A stretch of 64,000 bases of DNA from Malacoraja senta (Eukaryota), in NCBI GenBank assembly GCA_038087875.1, contig JAXLNO010000079.1, positions 248,001-312,000 of the forward strand. The letters run 5' to 3'. Shown here in pieces: positions 47,054-58,905 of the stretch. The notes beneath the pieces were generated by a model that was given only the letters and a program-made list of their open reading frames with translations, was not told the DNA's origin and ran no database searches. The position numbers and the translations under genes were made by a program. Position 1 is the stretch's first letter; every line of letters begins with the position of its first letter.

Positions 47054-49006
47054 CTAGATTCCGGTGGCGTCATGTTAGACTAACAGACGTGCACCCAGCT
47101 CCTCTCCCGAAAAACTTCACGATTTATCGTGTAAAACGGGTCCGAAAATCGGGATTGTTTTTAAAAACCTTACCGGAGCTTCTGGTTACCGCGCTGATGA
47201 CGTCATCGTTAAACGCGATGTTTTAAACGGTGGTTTGAAGCCCTTTAAATGAGTAAATTGGCTCCAGCTGTGAGCCCTCAGAGAGCTGTGAATAAGCTGT
47301 CGAAAAAGTTAGAAACAGAAGTTACCTCTGAAGTCTCTGAAGTGGCTGCAGAAATGGATACAAGATCTAAGAAAGACTTTGATGACTTGAAGAAATCAAT
47401 GAAAAATTTGAAAGATGAGATCTCGGATAATAGGGTGGAAGATAAGAAGGAAATGAAGGAAAATTCGGCAAGAATGATGGAAGGAATGGAGAAGATGATG
47501 AAGGATTTAAATGCTGGTAACCAGAAGAATATGACGGATTTACTGGACATTATGAATAAACGAATTGATGAGGTGAAAGATGGACTATCAGAGAAAATGG
47601 ATAAGATGGATGTAATTACTACGGATAAGTTCACGGCTGTACTTGAAACAGTAGCTGCAAGTATGCAGACAATTACGGAAATGGAGAAAAATACGGCTCG
47701 ACTGGTTGAAGACATGGCGAAATTGAGGCAAGAACATGAGCAAATGAGGCGAGAAAACGAACAAGCATCACTACAAATGGGGACTCAATTAGAGAAAGTC
47801 TCAGTCAAATGCCTGGACCTGGAAGCTCGTTCTAGACGCCAGAATTTGAGAATTCTTGGTGTTTCAGAGGGGGCAGAAGGGGAACAGGTACGTGAATTTG
47901 CCATGGGCTTGTTGAAACAACTGTTGAATCTTCCCAAGGAACCGAAAATCGAAGTGGCTCATCGTGTCCCAAGATTTGGAAAAAGATTTGATGCGGGAAA
48001 AGCTTATCCACGACATATTATAGTGAAATTTCGAGATACTGCAGAACTGGAATACGTTATGACTAAAATCAAATATGGTGTACAATTACGGCTGGACAAA
48101 GACACTATTAAGATATTCAGGGACTACCCACATGAAATTGTGCAAAAAAGAAATAAATTTGATAAGGTTAAAGATCTTTTAAGAGGGAGAGAAGGGGTCA
48201 GATTTGGGGTTTTTTATCCCGCGAAAATGCGTATTTCTTTTAATGGTCTTGAAAAGTCATTTGTTAAGCCTGAAGACGCTTTCAAATATGCCCAAACAAT
48301 TGTTGAAAAACAGAAATAAAAGGGAGCTTTGGCAGATCCGAATAATTCTCAGCTATGTTTTGTCTGGGGATAGTTACATTGTTATCTCTGGAATGTTGAA
48401 GCAAGGACATTTTCTGTTCAAAACGTGTAAACAACTTTATAGCTGGATATGAATTAGAAAATAATTGCTTATTGATTAAAATGTTATAACCAATTGTAAG
48501 AACTTATCCTATTAACAACTTTAAAAGTTATGCAGGTTAGATTAGAATACTAACAAAAAAAACAAAAAAATAATGAACTAACATACTAATATGAATTTTT
48601 AATAAATTGTAACCTTGTCTATAAGCGGGAGGAGGGGATGAGAAACGAGCTCCTGGCTTATGTCCAGGAGCACGTCTCGTTAACCCCTTCAACCAACAGC
48701 TGATTCTTATTGAAATCAAAAATATTGGTTTAATAATTAAACTCTGATATATATATATGTTATAAGGAAATATCAGGGTAAAATTGTATTATATATCTGA
48801 ATGTGAGGCCTCGTTTTAATATTTTAATATGTTATGATTAACTAAGAGAGCGGAGCGAGTTGAGCAACAACGCAATGGAAGTCAAAATAAGGTTTTTTCC
48901 CACCTACAGGTGGGTCACTCGCTACAGTGCCGACTATAGACACTGTAGCCTCACTTTTTTAGTTTTTTTTTTATCACATAAAATCACTTGTTTGTGTTTT
49001 GAAAAA

Positions 49007-49040
<34 letters not shown>
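47054..49040 (+). mobile_element. ORF1-only L1-clade element (HAL1-like), apparently full length
   Basis: CpG-rich 5' UTR starting ctagattccggtggcgtcatg, intact ORF1, ~690-bp AT-rich 3' region with hairpins, pure A30 tail (49012-49041), and candidate TSD ATAA (47050-47053 / 49041-49044). Confidence 0.8.
47249..48319 (+). CDS. L1 ORF1p (coiled coil + RRM + CTD; Transposase_22-type), 356 aa, intact
   Basis: Long heptad-rich N-terminus, then DLEARSRRQNLRILGVSEG, IEVAHRV, PRHIIVKF, IKIFRDY, KR..F, FYPAKMRI: canonical L1 ORF1p motifs. Confidence 0.92.
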   Translation: MSKLAPAVSPQRAVNKLSKKLETEVTSEVSEVAAEMDTRSKKDFDDLKKSMKNLKDEISDNRVEDKKEMKENSARMMEGMEKMMKDLNAGNQKNMTDLLDIMNKRIDEVKDGLSEKMDKMDVITTDKFTAVLETVAASMQTITEMEKNTARLVEDMAKLRQEHEQMRRENEQASLQMGTQLEKVSVKCLDLEARSRRQNLRILGVSEGAEGEQVREFAMGLLKQLLNLPKEPKIEVAHRVPRFGKRFDAGKAYPRHIIVKFRDTAELEYVMTKIKYGVQLRLDKDTIKIFRDYPHEIVQKRNKFDKVKDLLRGREGVRFGVFYPAKMRISFNGLEKSFVKPEDAFKYAQTIVEKQK

Positions 49041-49043
<3 letters not shown>

Positions 49044-49319
49044 AGTGATAAGAGCAGAATTAGGCCATTCGGCCCTTCAAGTCTACTCTGCCATTCAATG
49101 CTCAAAAGTAAGCAGGATGTGTCCGATTGGAAATAATCTGCCGTGTTGTGGGCAAGGACAGAATGGACTCAGAGGGCAACCTCCTTTTGATTGTCAGTGC
49201 AGACCCGTTTGTACAAGTGGCCTGTATTTATTGCTGTACGTCACCCATTCCTTCTCTCCAGAGATGCTGCCTGAACCGCTGAGTTACTGCAGCTTTTTGT
49301 GTCTATCTTCGGTTTAAAC

Positions 49320-49722
49320 TAGGATATGTACGTCCTTGGAGCGCAGGAGGATGAGGGGTGATCTTTTAGAGGTGTACAAAATCATGAGAGATATAGATCG
49401 GGTAGATGCACAGAGTCTTTTGCCCAGAGTAGGGGAATCAAGGACCAGAGGACATAGGTTCAAGGTGAAGGGGAAAAGATTTAATAGGAATCTGAGGGGT
49501 AACTTTTTCACGCAAAGGGTGGTGGGTGTATGGAATAAGCTGCCAGAGGAGGTAGTTGAGGCTGGAACTATCCCAACGTGTAAAAAACATTTAGACAGGT
49601 ACCTGGATAGGATAAGTTTGGAGGGATATGGACCAAGTGCAGGCAGGTGGGACTAGTGTAGCTGGGACATGTTGTGCTGATGGCCCTGTTTCCACACTGT
49701 ATCACTCTATGACTATATGACT
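49320..49722 (+). mobile_element. CR1 LINE (family C) 3' fragment inserted in a Penelope-derived repeat
   Basis: ORF 49336..49656 (ERRRMRGDLLEVYKIM...TRGHRFKV); tail ctatgactatatgact; flanked by taaac on both sides. Confidence 0.88.
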
Positions 49723-51037
49723 AAACCAGAGTCTGCAGTTCCTTCCTGCACATCTATTGCTGTATGTACTTTATAAGATCATGTAGAATTATTTTGTCCA
49801 TTTCCTTTCGCTGCCGTGTATAAATCTGTATGCATTGTAATTTGGTCAGAATAGAGTGGCTCTTCAACCTGTATTTTCACCTTTGACGATGAAGGGAGAG
49901 ATGGAGAGCGTCGAGTAGAAGCCTGAGCTTCAGTAAATCAAGCACAGCTGATGGTATCATGGCACATGAAGACAAGTAAAATCTTTCCACATTGTGGCTG
50001 CATCTCCTTCGAGCAGACAGATCCATTAACAAGGATGCCTTCCGGAGTGAGAATGATAGCAGGTCAGAGCACACTGAACCCACAACACTAAATAGGCTGT
50101 GGATAACTTTGAAGTCATTATTCCAGGCGATCACAGTTCTCTGCATGAAGTCATCTTGAAGCATTTGAATGTGTGTTCAATGTCCAGGTATATGGAGGAG
50201 GAGGAGGAGGATGACAGTAGCAGGAGTGGGCCAACCAGCCTTTGTATCTGATTGATGCCACACTCCTCGTTCACCGTTCCCTCACTCTCTGTCATCACTG
50301 AGCAGCTTTTCCAACGTCGATGTTTGCTGAACTTCCACACATTCAAGGAGCTCTATCATCATGTGGAGTGTGAGAGCACGTCATGTAAGATCCATGCATG
50401 TGTTTACATGGCAGATCAAGCAGCAGTTGCAATCAATCCACCCGTGCAGACAGTTTTGCGAGTTGCAATAACTCTATCCCCCTTGCAGTGACCACAAGTT
50501 GCAATCACTCCACCCCCATGCAAGCAGCATCACTGCGTTTAAAAGTTAATTTTAATAAAAACAGGATGATTTCCATGATACCAAATTTCCTTCTAAACCG
50601 AATTTTCGAGAGTCAGAGCACAAAATAAAATAAACTATTTATGTCTTTGTGCTAAATAACAATTAAATAATACCTGTAGTCATTAAATAGTGGCATAAAA
50701 ACGTGGTTTTAATTGACAAAATGTTTTAGTCTTGGTGTCTCGTGACAGATTAAAACATAATTGGATCATTCCAGGTTAATTGGCAATGCCTCTCAGAAAC
50801 CGACAACAGAAATAGAAATGTTTTCAGAGCAACAATAATGATCATCTCCTGAAAACAACCACCATTTGCGTAACTAGAATAAATTCAACTACTTAAATGT
50901 GTTGAAGAATGTAAAATATTCATTGCGAAGTGCAAAACAATGTATAAAATGTGTGTTTAAAGCATGCTTAATTTAACTGTAAATGTAATGTTCCATTTGA
51001 CACAGACGCAGCATAGATAACTACAGTGTGATGCTTC

Positions 51038-51642
51038 ACACCCACACCTGTGCCCCACACACACACACCTGTGCCCCACAGACCCACACCTGTGCCCCAC
51101 AGACCCACACCTGTGCCCCACACACACACACAACACCTGTACCCCACATATGTGCCCCACACACACACACACCTGTGCCCCACACACACACACCTGTGCC
51201 ACACACACACACCTGTGCCCCACACACACACACACCTGTGCCCCACACCTGTGCCCCCCACACACCCACATCTGTGCCCCACACACCCACATCTGTGCCC
51301 CACACACCCACACCTGTGCCCCCCCACACACACACACCTGTGCCCCCCACACACACAGCTGTGCCCCCACACACACACACACTTGTGCCCCACACACACG
51401 CACACACACCAGTGCCCCACACCCATACCTGTGCCCCACACCCATACCTGTGCCCCACACCCATACCTGTGCCCCACAGACCCACACCTGTGCCCCACAG
51501 ACCCACACCTGTGCCCCCCACACACACACCTGTGCCCCACACCTGTGCCCTACAGACCCACACCTGTGCTCCACACACCCACACCTGTGCCCCACACACA
51601 CACCTGTGCACCACACACACACACGCCTGTGCCCCACAGACC
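51038..51642. repeat. CACACCTGTGCCCCA-type minisatellite with variable (CA)n spacers
   Basis: Tandem array seen directly. Confidence 0.95.
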
Positions 51643-51687
51643 ACCATCTTCCATAAACAGGAACCGACCAACCAGGCTCTTTAAGTG

Positions 51688-51884
51688 TTAAAGAAGGAAC
51701 TGCAGATGCTGTAAAATCGAAGGTACACAAAAATGCTGGAGAAACTCAGCGGGTGCAGCAGCATCTATGGAGCGAAGGAAATAGGCAACGTTTCGGGCCG
51801 AAACCCTTCTTCAGACGTTGCATATTTCCTTCACTCCATAGATGCTGCTGCACCCGCTGAGTTTCTCCAGCATTTTTGTGTACC
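51688..51884. repeat. Penelope-derived fold-back pair, flanked by a direct repeat ccaggctctttaagtg
   Basis: ggtacacaaaaatgctggagaaactcagcgggtgcagcagcatctatggag is inverted at 51834-51884; ccaggctctttaagtg occurs at 51672 and 51884. Confidence 0.85.
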
Positions 51885-51972
51885 CAGGCTCTTTAAGTGG
51901 CTCTCTAAATAATTGTTTTTTGCTCTAGTGGATAATATCCTTGAAGAATAAATCATCGGCAAATAACTATTA

Positions 51973-54900
51973 ATAGTAAAATTAAATGAGAACTTACCAG
52001 TTTGAAGTTTGATCTTAATGATCAATGAAGTTTGATGAGGAGTTACGTTGAGGGATTACGTGAAGAGCCCACCAGCCTGCATGCGTGTCAATCTTCAAAG
52101 CAGCGGTATGAAATCACAGATAACAATTGTTGAACTGAATATAGTAAGATTAGAGAAACTAGAATACCAGCTGACCTTTATGATAGAGGGTTGGGAGTGG
52201 AGGGCACGTAATCCCTCAACGTAACTCCTCATAAAATAAAGATCAAACTTCAAACTGGTAAGTTCTCGTTTAATCTTACTATTTTACTTCGGAGTCACGT
52301 GAGTGACTACGTGAAGATTTCAAAGCTCTGTGATTTCATGCCATGGAAACGAGTCCATGCATCAGTTGACCAAGGATGAGTGAACATTAATAATGCATTC
52401 AGACATGACATAGATATAGACATGTTGATGCTTTTTAATGAACAAATAATGATAATAGTAACCCCCCTCAACCGGGAGGAAACTATAAAACAGAACCTAA
52501 AATAGAGTTGGCAAACACCCTCGGTCTGGCAATGGGTTAGTTCTAAAATGTTTGGAAAGATCGTTCGTTTGACCATCCTGCAGCCGCTAGGATGTGGTCC
52601 AGCGAAAGGTCCATAACCCTGCTGCTAATGTTGTTGCAGCCCTGGTGGAGTGAGACTTGAAAATGTCAGTGTTCACTCCTGTATAAGCCAGAACCCGTTT
52701 TAACCACCTGGAGATGGTCTGTACTGATACCTACTTATGAGGCTTTATGTAACTAACAAACATTGCTAGTTCAGAGTCTCTAAGGCTCTTAGTGACCTTA
52801 ACATACTGGTGTAGATGTGTGACCACACACAACCGAAGGTCCATGGGATATGCCAACAAATCTAGTTTGAGACCTGATGCCCCTGGTCTACTCTGCTTGA
52901 CTAAGTCATAAACATAAAATGTTATTTTGCCTGCAGATGTAATCATCCTGTCCAGTCACAGCTTATGCAATGACTGGACCCGTTGCGCTGCACTCAGCGC
53001 CATGAGCATAAGTGAGTTTGACCAAGGACAGGGATGTAGTTGGAGCCCACCGGCGAAGCGGCGTTAGCACAATGTTAACATCCCATATCTCTGCGTACCT
53101 GGGCCTGGGAGGTTTTGAGTTGAAGATACCCTTCATAATCTAGATACCAGAGGTTGAGACCCGACAGAGTGGATTCTGCTCCCCGCAACCAATATGATGA
53201 GAAGGCACGTTTGGCACAGTTAATGGCACTATAACTTAATGATTGTCAAAGACCCATATAAAACTGAACTTCAAGATGTCAGTCATCCGTGCCGAATTAT
53301 GTGTAATATTAGCTTTTAAACAAAGTACTTCCCATCTCCTTATGAGGAAATGTACTGTTTTTTTGGTGCTATCCCTGCAATCTGCAGTGAGCACGTCCAT
53401 TGTTTGGTCTGACAACCCGAGCCGCAGGAACGGTCTTCTCAGAGTCTGCAAGTCAATGAATTGATTTTATCATGCAGAGGATGGTTTCCCGAGTCACGGG
53501 CTGAACCAGCAATTTTTGTGTCTAGAAATAACCATATAAGGTTCTATTATCATTCCCAACATCAGCGGGAACCATGGCTGTATAGGCCAGTCAGGCACTA
53601 CGAAAATGCCTGAAGCGGGAACTTGCTGAATTTTTGCAAGACCCAACTGATGAGGCAAAATGGAGGAAAGACATAAAAGGACATTCCTCCCCAGTGTAGC
53701 GAGAATGCATCCATCGCCACTGCCATGCCACATATTTTTCGCAACTGGTGATTGAGCCTGGTTGCAAACATCTCGATTTTCGGACAATGTCATTAAATAC
53801 TTTATGATCCAACATACATTCTGTGTTATCATTGATTTTACGTGATGATACACCAGCGCCAAATGAGGTTATGTAACTATCACAGGATACTGAGTTGATT
53901 CCACCCATGTGATTAATATATGCCACCACCAGTGTATCACCTTGGAGTTGAGCATGCAGATTATGCATATTCGCACAATAGCCTTTAACCCATAGAATGC
54001 ACCCAGTGTCTACAGGTAGTTGATACCATATAACTGAAGAATTGGTAACTCATGCAAATCGCATCTGCCTCCGTAACTAGAGATGGTATTAGTCATTTTC
54101 CATCGTTGAGCATTAGCATCAGGTTGTAATATAACTGAAGATTTACTGACCAAAAGTTATTAGCAATGCTGAATACTGTTCGTCCACCATTGTGACTTTG
54201 ATGGCTTCAGCTGGTACTAGCATAGGTTTGTTAACAAAGACCTAAATGATACTAAAGAGCTTGGTCCTTTGCACGTTTGTAAGTTCTGATAATACAAGGC
54301 CCAAATTGCGTTGCTGAAAAACACAGCCACTATTTTGCCAATTACACTGGTCACTTGATGCGCTTCTACTAATTCTAATCTCTTGCCCCAGGGCGGAGTC
54401 ACAGACAAATTAATAGAGTTAAAGGTAAATCCTAATAATCAATAAATCTAGTTGGTATCAACTTAAATTTAACTGGATGGATGAGAATCTCAAATATAGC
54501 TTGCGACTGAAACAGTTAATTTTAGCAAAATACAGCGTATAGAATATCTTCCAGATAGGCCATAACAAGTGATTTTGGGCTCTGAGCAGCCCAAGCCCTG
54601 TTTTTTAGTAATTTGGTAAATAACCTGGGAGGTGAAGTTAGCCCATTTTGCAACTCTTTGACTGTTATTATTGCCCCATCCAGTTAAATTTCAAATATCT
54701 CCGGTGATCCCTGTGAATGGGAACTGAATGCCATAAAGATCCTATGGAAATCAGTTGTTAGACAGTAACGAAGTTTCCTATGCTGAAATGTCTATACTGC
54801 ACATGCGAGGTAAATCAAGGATGAAGTGTGCATTGTACATCAACACCAGGCCAGTAATTTTCAAAATTTGTTGGAGTTTTATCTCCTGGATTTTCATGCC

Positions 54901-55812
54901 CCCTCCAATGTCACCCCAGATAGCGCTGTTCACTGCCGGTATTTTCAGGAACAATATTATGTTCCACGGACATCCTTCCCAGTTTGGAGTCAGTTACGCA
55001 CTGACCCCTCGCACTCCCCTCCACAGAGAGGGAGATCTGTAAGCAGCCTTGACACAGGTGCTGCCCCAGGCCCTGAGGAGACCTGCGCTGATATGGCCCC
55101 GTTCCATGGACCATATCAGGATGGAGCATCACATTTGTGGGATAAACGCCCGAGGACGCTATCCATGCTCCATCTGAGTTAAACGTCCGAGGACGTACCC
55201 ATCTCGACAGGCCTATCCGTCTTACTCTTGGCTTTACCCCCTTTCTGGGGAACCACCGCGATTCAAGAGGCACCCAGAAGTCGCTGACCGCGCTGTCAGT
55301 GACTCGGGTAGCGAACCCGACGGCCGCCGGCTACTCGCACTTCCGCGGTCTCCGTAGCCGGTTCCCCAGCGGTCCGTAGCCGGTCTTCCCCCGCGGTCTG
55401 TGACTGGGCTTCTCCGCGGTCCATAACCGGTTCCCCGCGGTCCGTGACCGGGATTCCCCGCGGTTCGTAGTCGGTTCTCCCCGCGGTCCATGACCGGGCT
55501 TCCCCGCAGTCCGTAGCCGGTTCTCCCTGCGGTCCGTGACCGGGATTCCCTGCGGTCATAACCGGTTCCCCGCAGTGCGACCGGGATTCCCCGCGGCGTA
55601 TATTATATCCAGCAGGAAACTCTGTAAAGAGCTTTCCTGCAAGGAAAAAACAGAACCTGGAAATAAGTTGAAAACTTACCTTCAGGTTTGAAACTTACCG
55701 CTGGCGGAGCATCGCGCCTCCAGCCAGTCGTTGCGCAATGCGATAGACGATATGATGCGCATGCGGGCTGGCGGGCTCTTCACGTAGTCACTTACGTGAC
55801 TCCGAAATAAAA
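51973..55812 (-). mobile_element. DIRS1-type tyrosine-recombinase retrotransposon, decayed but with complete terminal architecture
   Basis: ITR (gaagagcccaccagcctgcatgcg ~52062 vs cgcatgcgggctggcgggctcttc ~55757) and an internal complementary region (52205-52316) matching both termini. - strand remnants: RT (MAYLEDIL ~54540-54563), RNase H (VVAYINHMGG), methyltransferase-like (VVPDWPIQPWFP), YR (FKSHSTRAATT...ILAAAGWSNERSFQTF, 52545-52670). Confidence 0.9.
55340..55595. repeat. ~21-bp GC-rich tandem repeat inside the DIRS element
   Basis: ccgcggtccgt(g/a)(a/g)ccgg(g/t)(a/t)t(t)c units. Confidence 0.85.
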
Positions 55813-56428
55813 TTCAGTTTGAATGTACTAAGCATTTTGTTTAAACTGGCTGCAGTAAAAGTTCTTAAATGAGACGTTAATGATACCAGGGCTTTGTGTG
55901 AGAAAGCACCTCAGAGCCTTTCTCATCTTTCCATTTTGCTGCAATGTTCTCGTCTGGATGCTCTGATTATGGCAAGTAGATTGTAAGATAATGACTTCAA
56001 GCAAGATTTCATTTTGAGGTATCACTATATTGGAGGAAATATAAGACTGATATATTATAGGATTGGATAGAAAACAGAAACATGTATTATTTTATTAAAA
56101 CTGATGATTTTGTAACGTTTTTAAAAATGCATTACACTAAGGAGATTTGGTGACAACCTCAGAATAGATTGTTATGCTTATTATTTGTCTGTCAAAGTTG
56201 CTCAAAGTTAACATCAGTGTTGCAAATACAGAAAACGATTGCTTTACTTTGGCAGTATCTGAGAAATACAAGTTAACAGGATCATGGATTCCTTGTAGTA
56301 TATTGCTGCTCTTCTGTATTCCAAGCACCTTACTAATCTCGGCACTTTAAATCACAAGTATGCTACAAATCCATTGGATTTAGTTTTCTAAGTGAGTTAT
56401 TATCCTCAGCAAGGCATGACCATATCTT

Positions 56429-56652
56429 AGGTACACAAAAATGCTGGAGAAACTCAGCGGGTGCAGCAGCATCTATGGAGCGAAGGAAATAGGCAGCGTT
56501 TCGGGCCGAAACCCTTCTTCAGACTGATGGGGGGTGGGGAGAAGAAAGGAAAAAGGCGGAGGAGGAGCCCGAGGGCTGAGGGATGGGAGGAGACAGCCCG
56601 AGGGCTGAGGAAGGGGAGGAGCCAGCATGGGCTAACAAAATAGGGAGAATTC
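56429..56652 (-). repeat. Penelope-derived 3' terminal fragment
   Basis: Same family as above; hammerhead-like core at 56499-56522 (-) followed by a purine-rich UTR. Confidence 0.85.
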
Positions 56653-57505
56653 TCTATTCTCGCTGCTAACTCCCACTCCTGGGTTTGACTCCACTGGGTC
56701 CTAGCGCTAGTCTGCATAGCCTTGGTAACCTCAGTGGCAGTATGATTACACCTAGACCCGAAGGGCCTATTTCCATGCTATTTGACCTTCTTTGGAGTGT
56801 TAACTCTTTAACCAGCAATGTTCAGTTGCAATCTTCCAAGTAAACCAGTATCTGCAGCTCCTACACACAGGGCCGGATTTAGATGAAGAGAGGCCCTAAG
56901 CTGTTCCACTTGTGAGGCCCCGCCCAATCCTCCACCCCAACGACTAGAGGAAGGTGGTCCACAAGATTGACACCGATTTGCAGCCGAGTGTGGCCAATGA
57001 GATAAGGGACTGGAAAGCTGCGCTTTTTTATTTATTTATTTATTGCCAGTGCTAGTGTTGAGTTATTGGCTTAAAACACTATTATTCTGAAATGGTGGGC
57101 AAGGAAAATTACTGAAGTGTTGTTTAGAGACTACAATGCGTTGTGACAGCATATGTAAGAAAGGCCTATGACAGTATCAAAAAGCTTTTTAAGTTGCCAA
57201 ATGACAGTTTAGGTGGTCATTTAAGACGGCTTGCATGACGCGTGTGATAATATGCTCGGACGAAGTGCGTAGTTACCAGTCGGAATTATGCTCAATGAAG
57301 CATTCACATATTATTTCTGCTTCAAATAAAGTCACAAACTAAACATATTCACCAATCAAGACATGATATATACCACAATGACACGCAGCAAAATTATAAT
57401 ACAGTATCTGAACTCTTTTTACACATTGCAATGAATGCAATTTCTATTATTTATTTCCACTTCCAAACAAAAATGTGGTTGGATTATACAGCGTATGATC
57501 AACCT

Positions 57506-58678
57506 CGGTGAGACCAAGTGCAGGCTTGGCGATTGCTTCGCACAACACCTCCACTCAGTTCGCAATAACCAACCTGATCTCCCGGTGGCTCAACACTTCA
57601 ACTCCCCTTCCCATTCTGAATCTGACCTTTCTGTCCTGGGCCTCCTCCATGGCCAGAGTGAGGCCCACCGCATATTGGAGGAGCAGCACCTCATATTTGC
57701 TTGGGTAGTTTACACCCCAGCGGAATGAACATTGGCTTCTCTAATTTCAGGTAGTCCTTGCTTTCTCCCTCCTTCCCCTCCCATTCCCAGCTCTCCCACA
57801 GCCTACTGTCTCTACCTCTTCCTTTCTTTTTCGTGTCCCCCCCCCCCCCGACATCAATCTGAAGAAGGGTCTCGACCGGAAACGTCGTCTATTCCTTCGC
57901 TCCATAGATGCTGCCTTACCCGCTGATTTTCTCTAGCTTTTTTGTCTACCAATAGGATCCCATCACTGGCCACGTCTTCCCATCTCCTCCCCTGTCTGCT
58001 ATCCGCAGAGACCGCTCCCTCCGTAACTCCCTGGTTAATTCGTCCCTTCCCACCCAAACCACCCCCTCTCCTGGCACTTTCCCTTGCAACCGCAGGAAAT
58101 GCTACACTTGTCGCTTTACCTCCCCCGACTCCATTCAAGGACCCAAGCAGTCTTTCCAGGTGCGGCAGAGGTTCACCTGCACCTCCTCCAACCTCATCTA
58201 TTGCATCCGCTGCTCTAGGTGTCAGCTGCTCTACATCGGTGAGACCAAGCGCAGGCTTGCCGATCGCTTCGCCCAACACCTCCGCTCGGTCCGCAATAAC
58301 CAACCTGATCTCCCGGTGGCTCAGCACGTCAATTCTCTCTCCCATTCCGAATCCGACCTTTCTGTCCTGGGCCTCTTCCATGGCCAGAGTGAGGCCCACC
58401 ATAAATTGGAGGAGCAGCACCTCATATTTCGCTTGGGTAGTTTACACCCCAGCGGTATGAACATTGACTTCTTCAATTTCAGGTAATCCCTGCTTTCTCC
58501 TCCCCTTCCCAGCTCTCCCTCAGCCCACTGTCTCCGCCTCTTCCTTTCTTCTTCCCGTCCCCCCCCCCCCCACCGTCACATCAGTCTGAAGAAGGGTCTC
58601 GACCCGAAACGTTGCCTATTTCCTTCGCTCCATAGATGCTGCCTCACCCGCTGAGTTTCTCCAGCATTTTTGTCTACC
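57506..58678 (+). mobile_element. Two tandem 5'-truncated Penelope-like elements (57506-57950, 57952-58678) with GIY-YIG endonuclease C-terminus
   Basis: ORF 58160..58486 reads FTCTSSNLIYCIRCSRCQLLYIGETKRRLADRFAQH...PVAQH...GMN; each copy ends in the terminal repeat with a CTGAAGA..GAAA core. Confidence 0.9.
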
Positions 58679-58682
58679 CATT

Positions 58683-58905
58683 CACACAAGTTCTGTTATC
58701 CCACTTTCCTCACCCACTCCCTACACATTAGGGGCAATTTTACAGAGACAAGTTAACCTACAAAGCCAATGCGTCTTTGGGATGTGGGAGGAAATCCACA
58801 CGCTTGCAGGGAGAATGTGCAAATTCAACACAGTCAGTGCCCGAGGACAGGATCGAACACAGATCTCTGGCATGTGATGCAGCAAGTCTACCAGCTGTGC
58901 CACTA
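58683..58905 (-). mobile_element. tRNA-derived SINE (HE1/V-SINE-like); partial + strand copy at ~59076-59201 and tail at ~59598-59700
   Basis: - strand reads agtggcacagctggtagacttgctgc...gtgttcgatcc (A/B boxes), then gaatttgcacattctccctg and tcctcccacatcccaaagac (V-domain-like). Confidence 0.75.

Noticed and set aside
47278..47715. 145-aa antisense ORF over L1 ORF1
   Set aside because: Shadow frame of an A-rich coiled-coil coding sequence.
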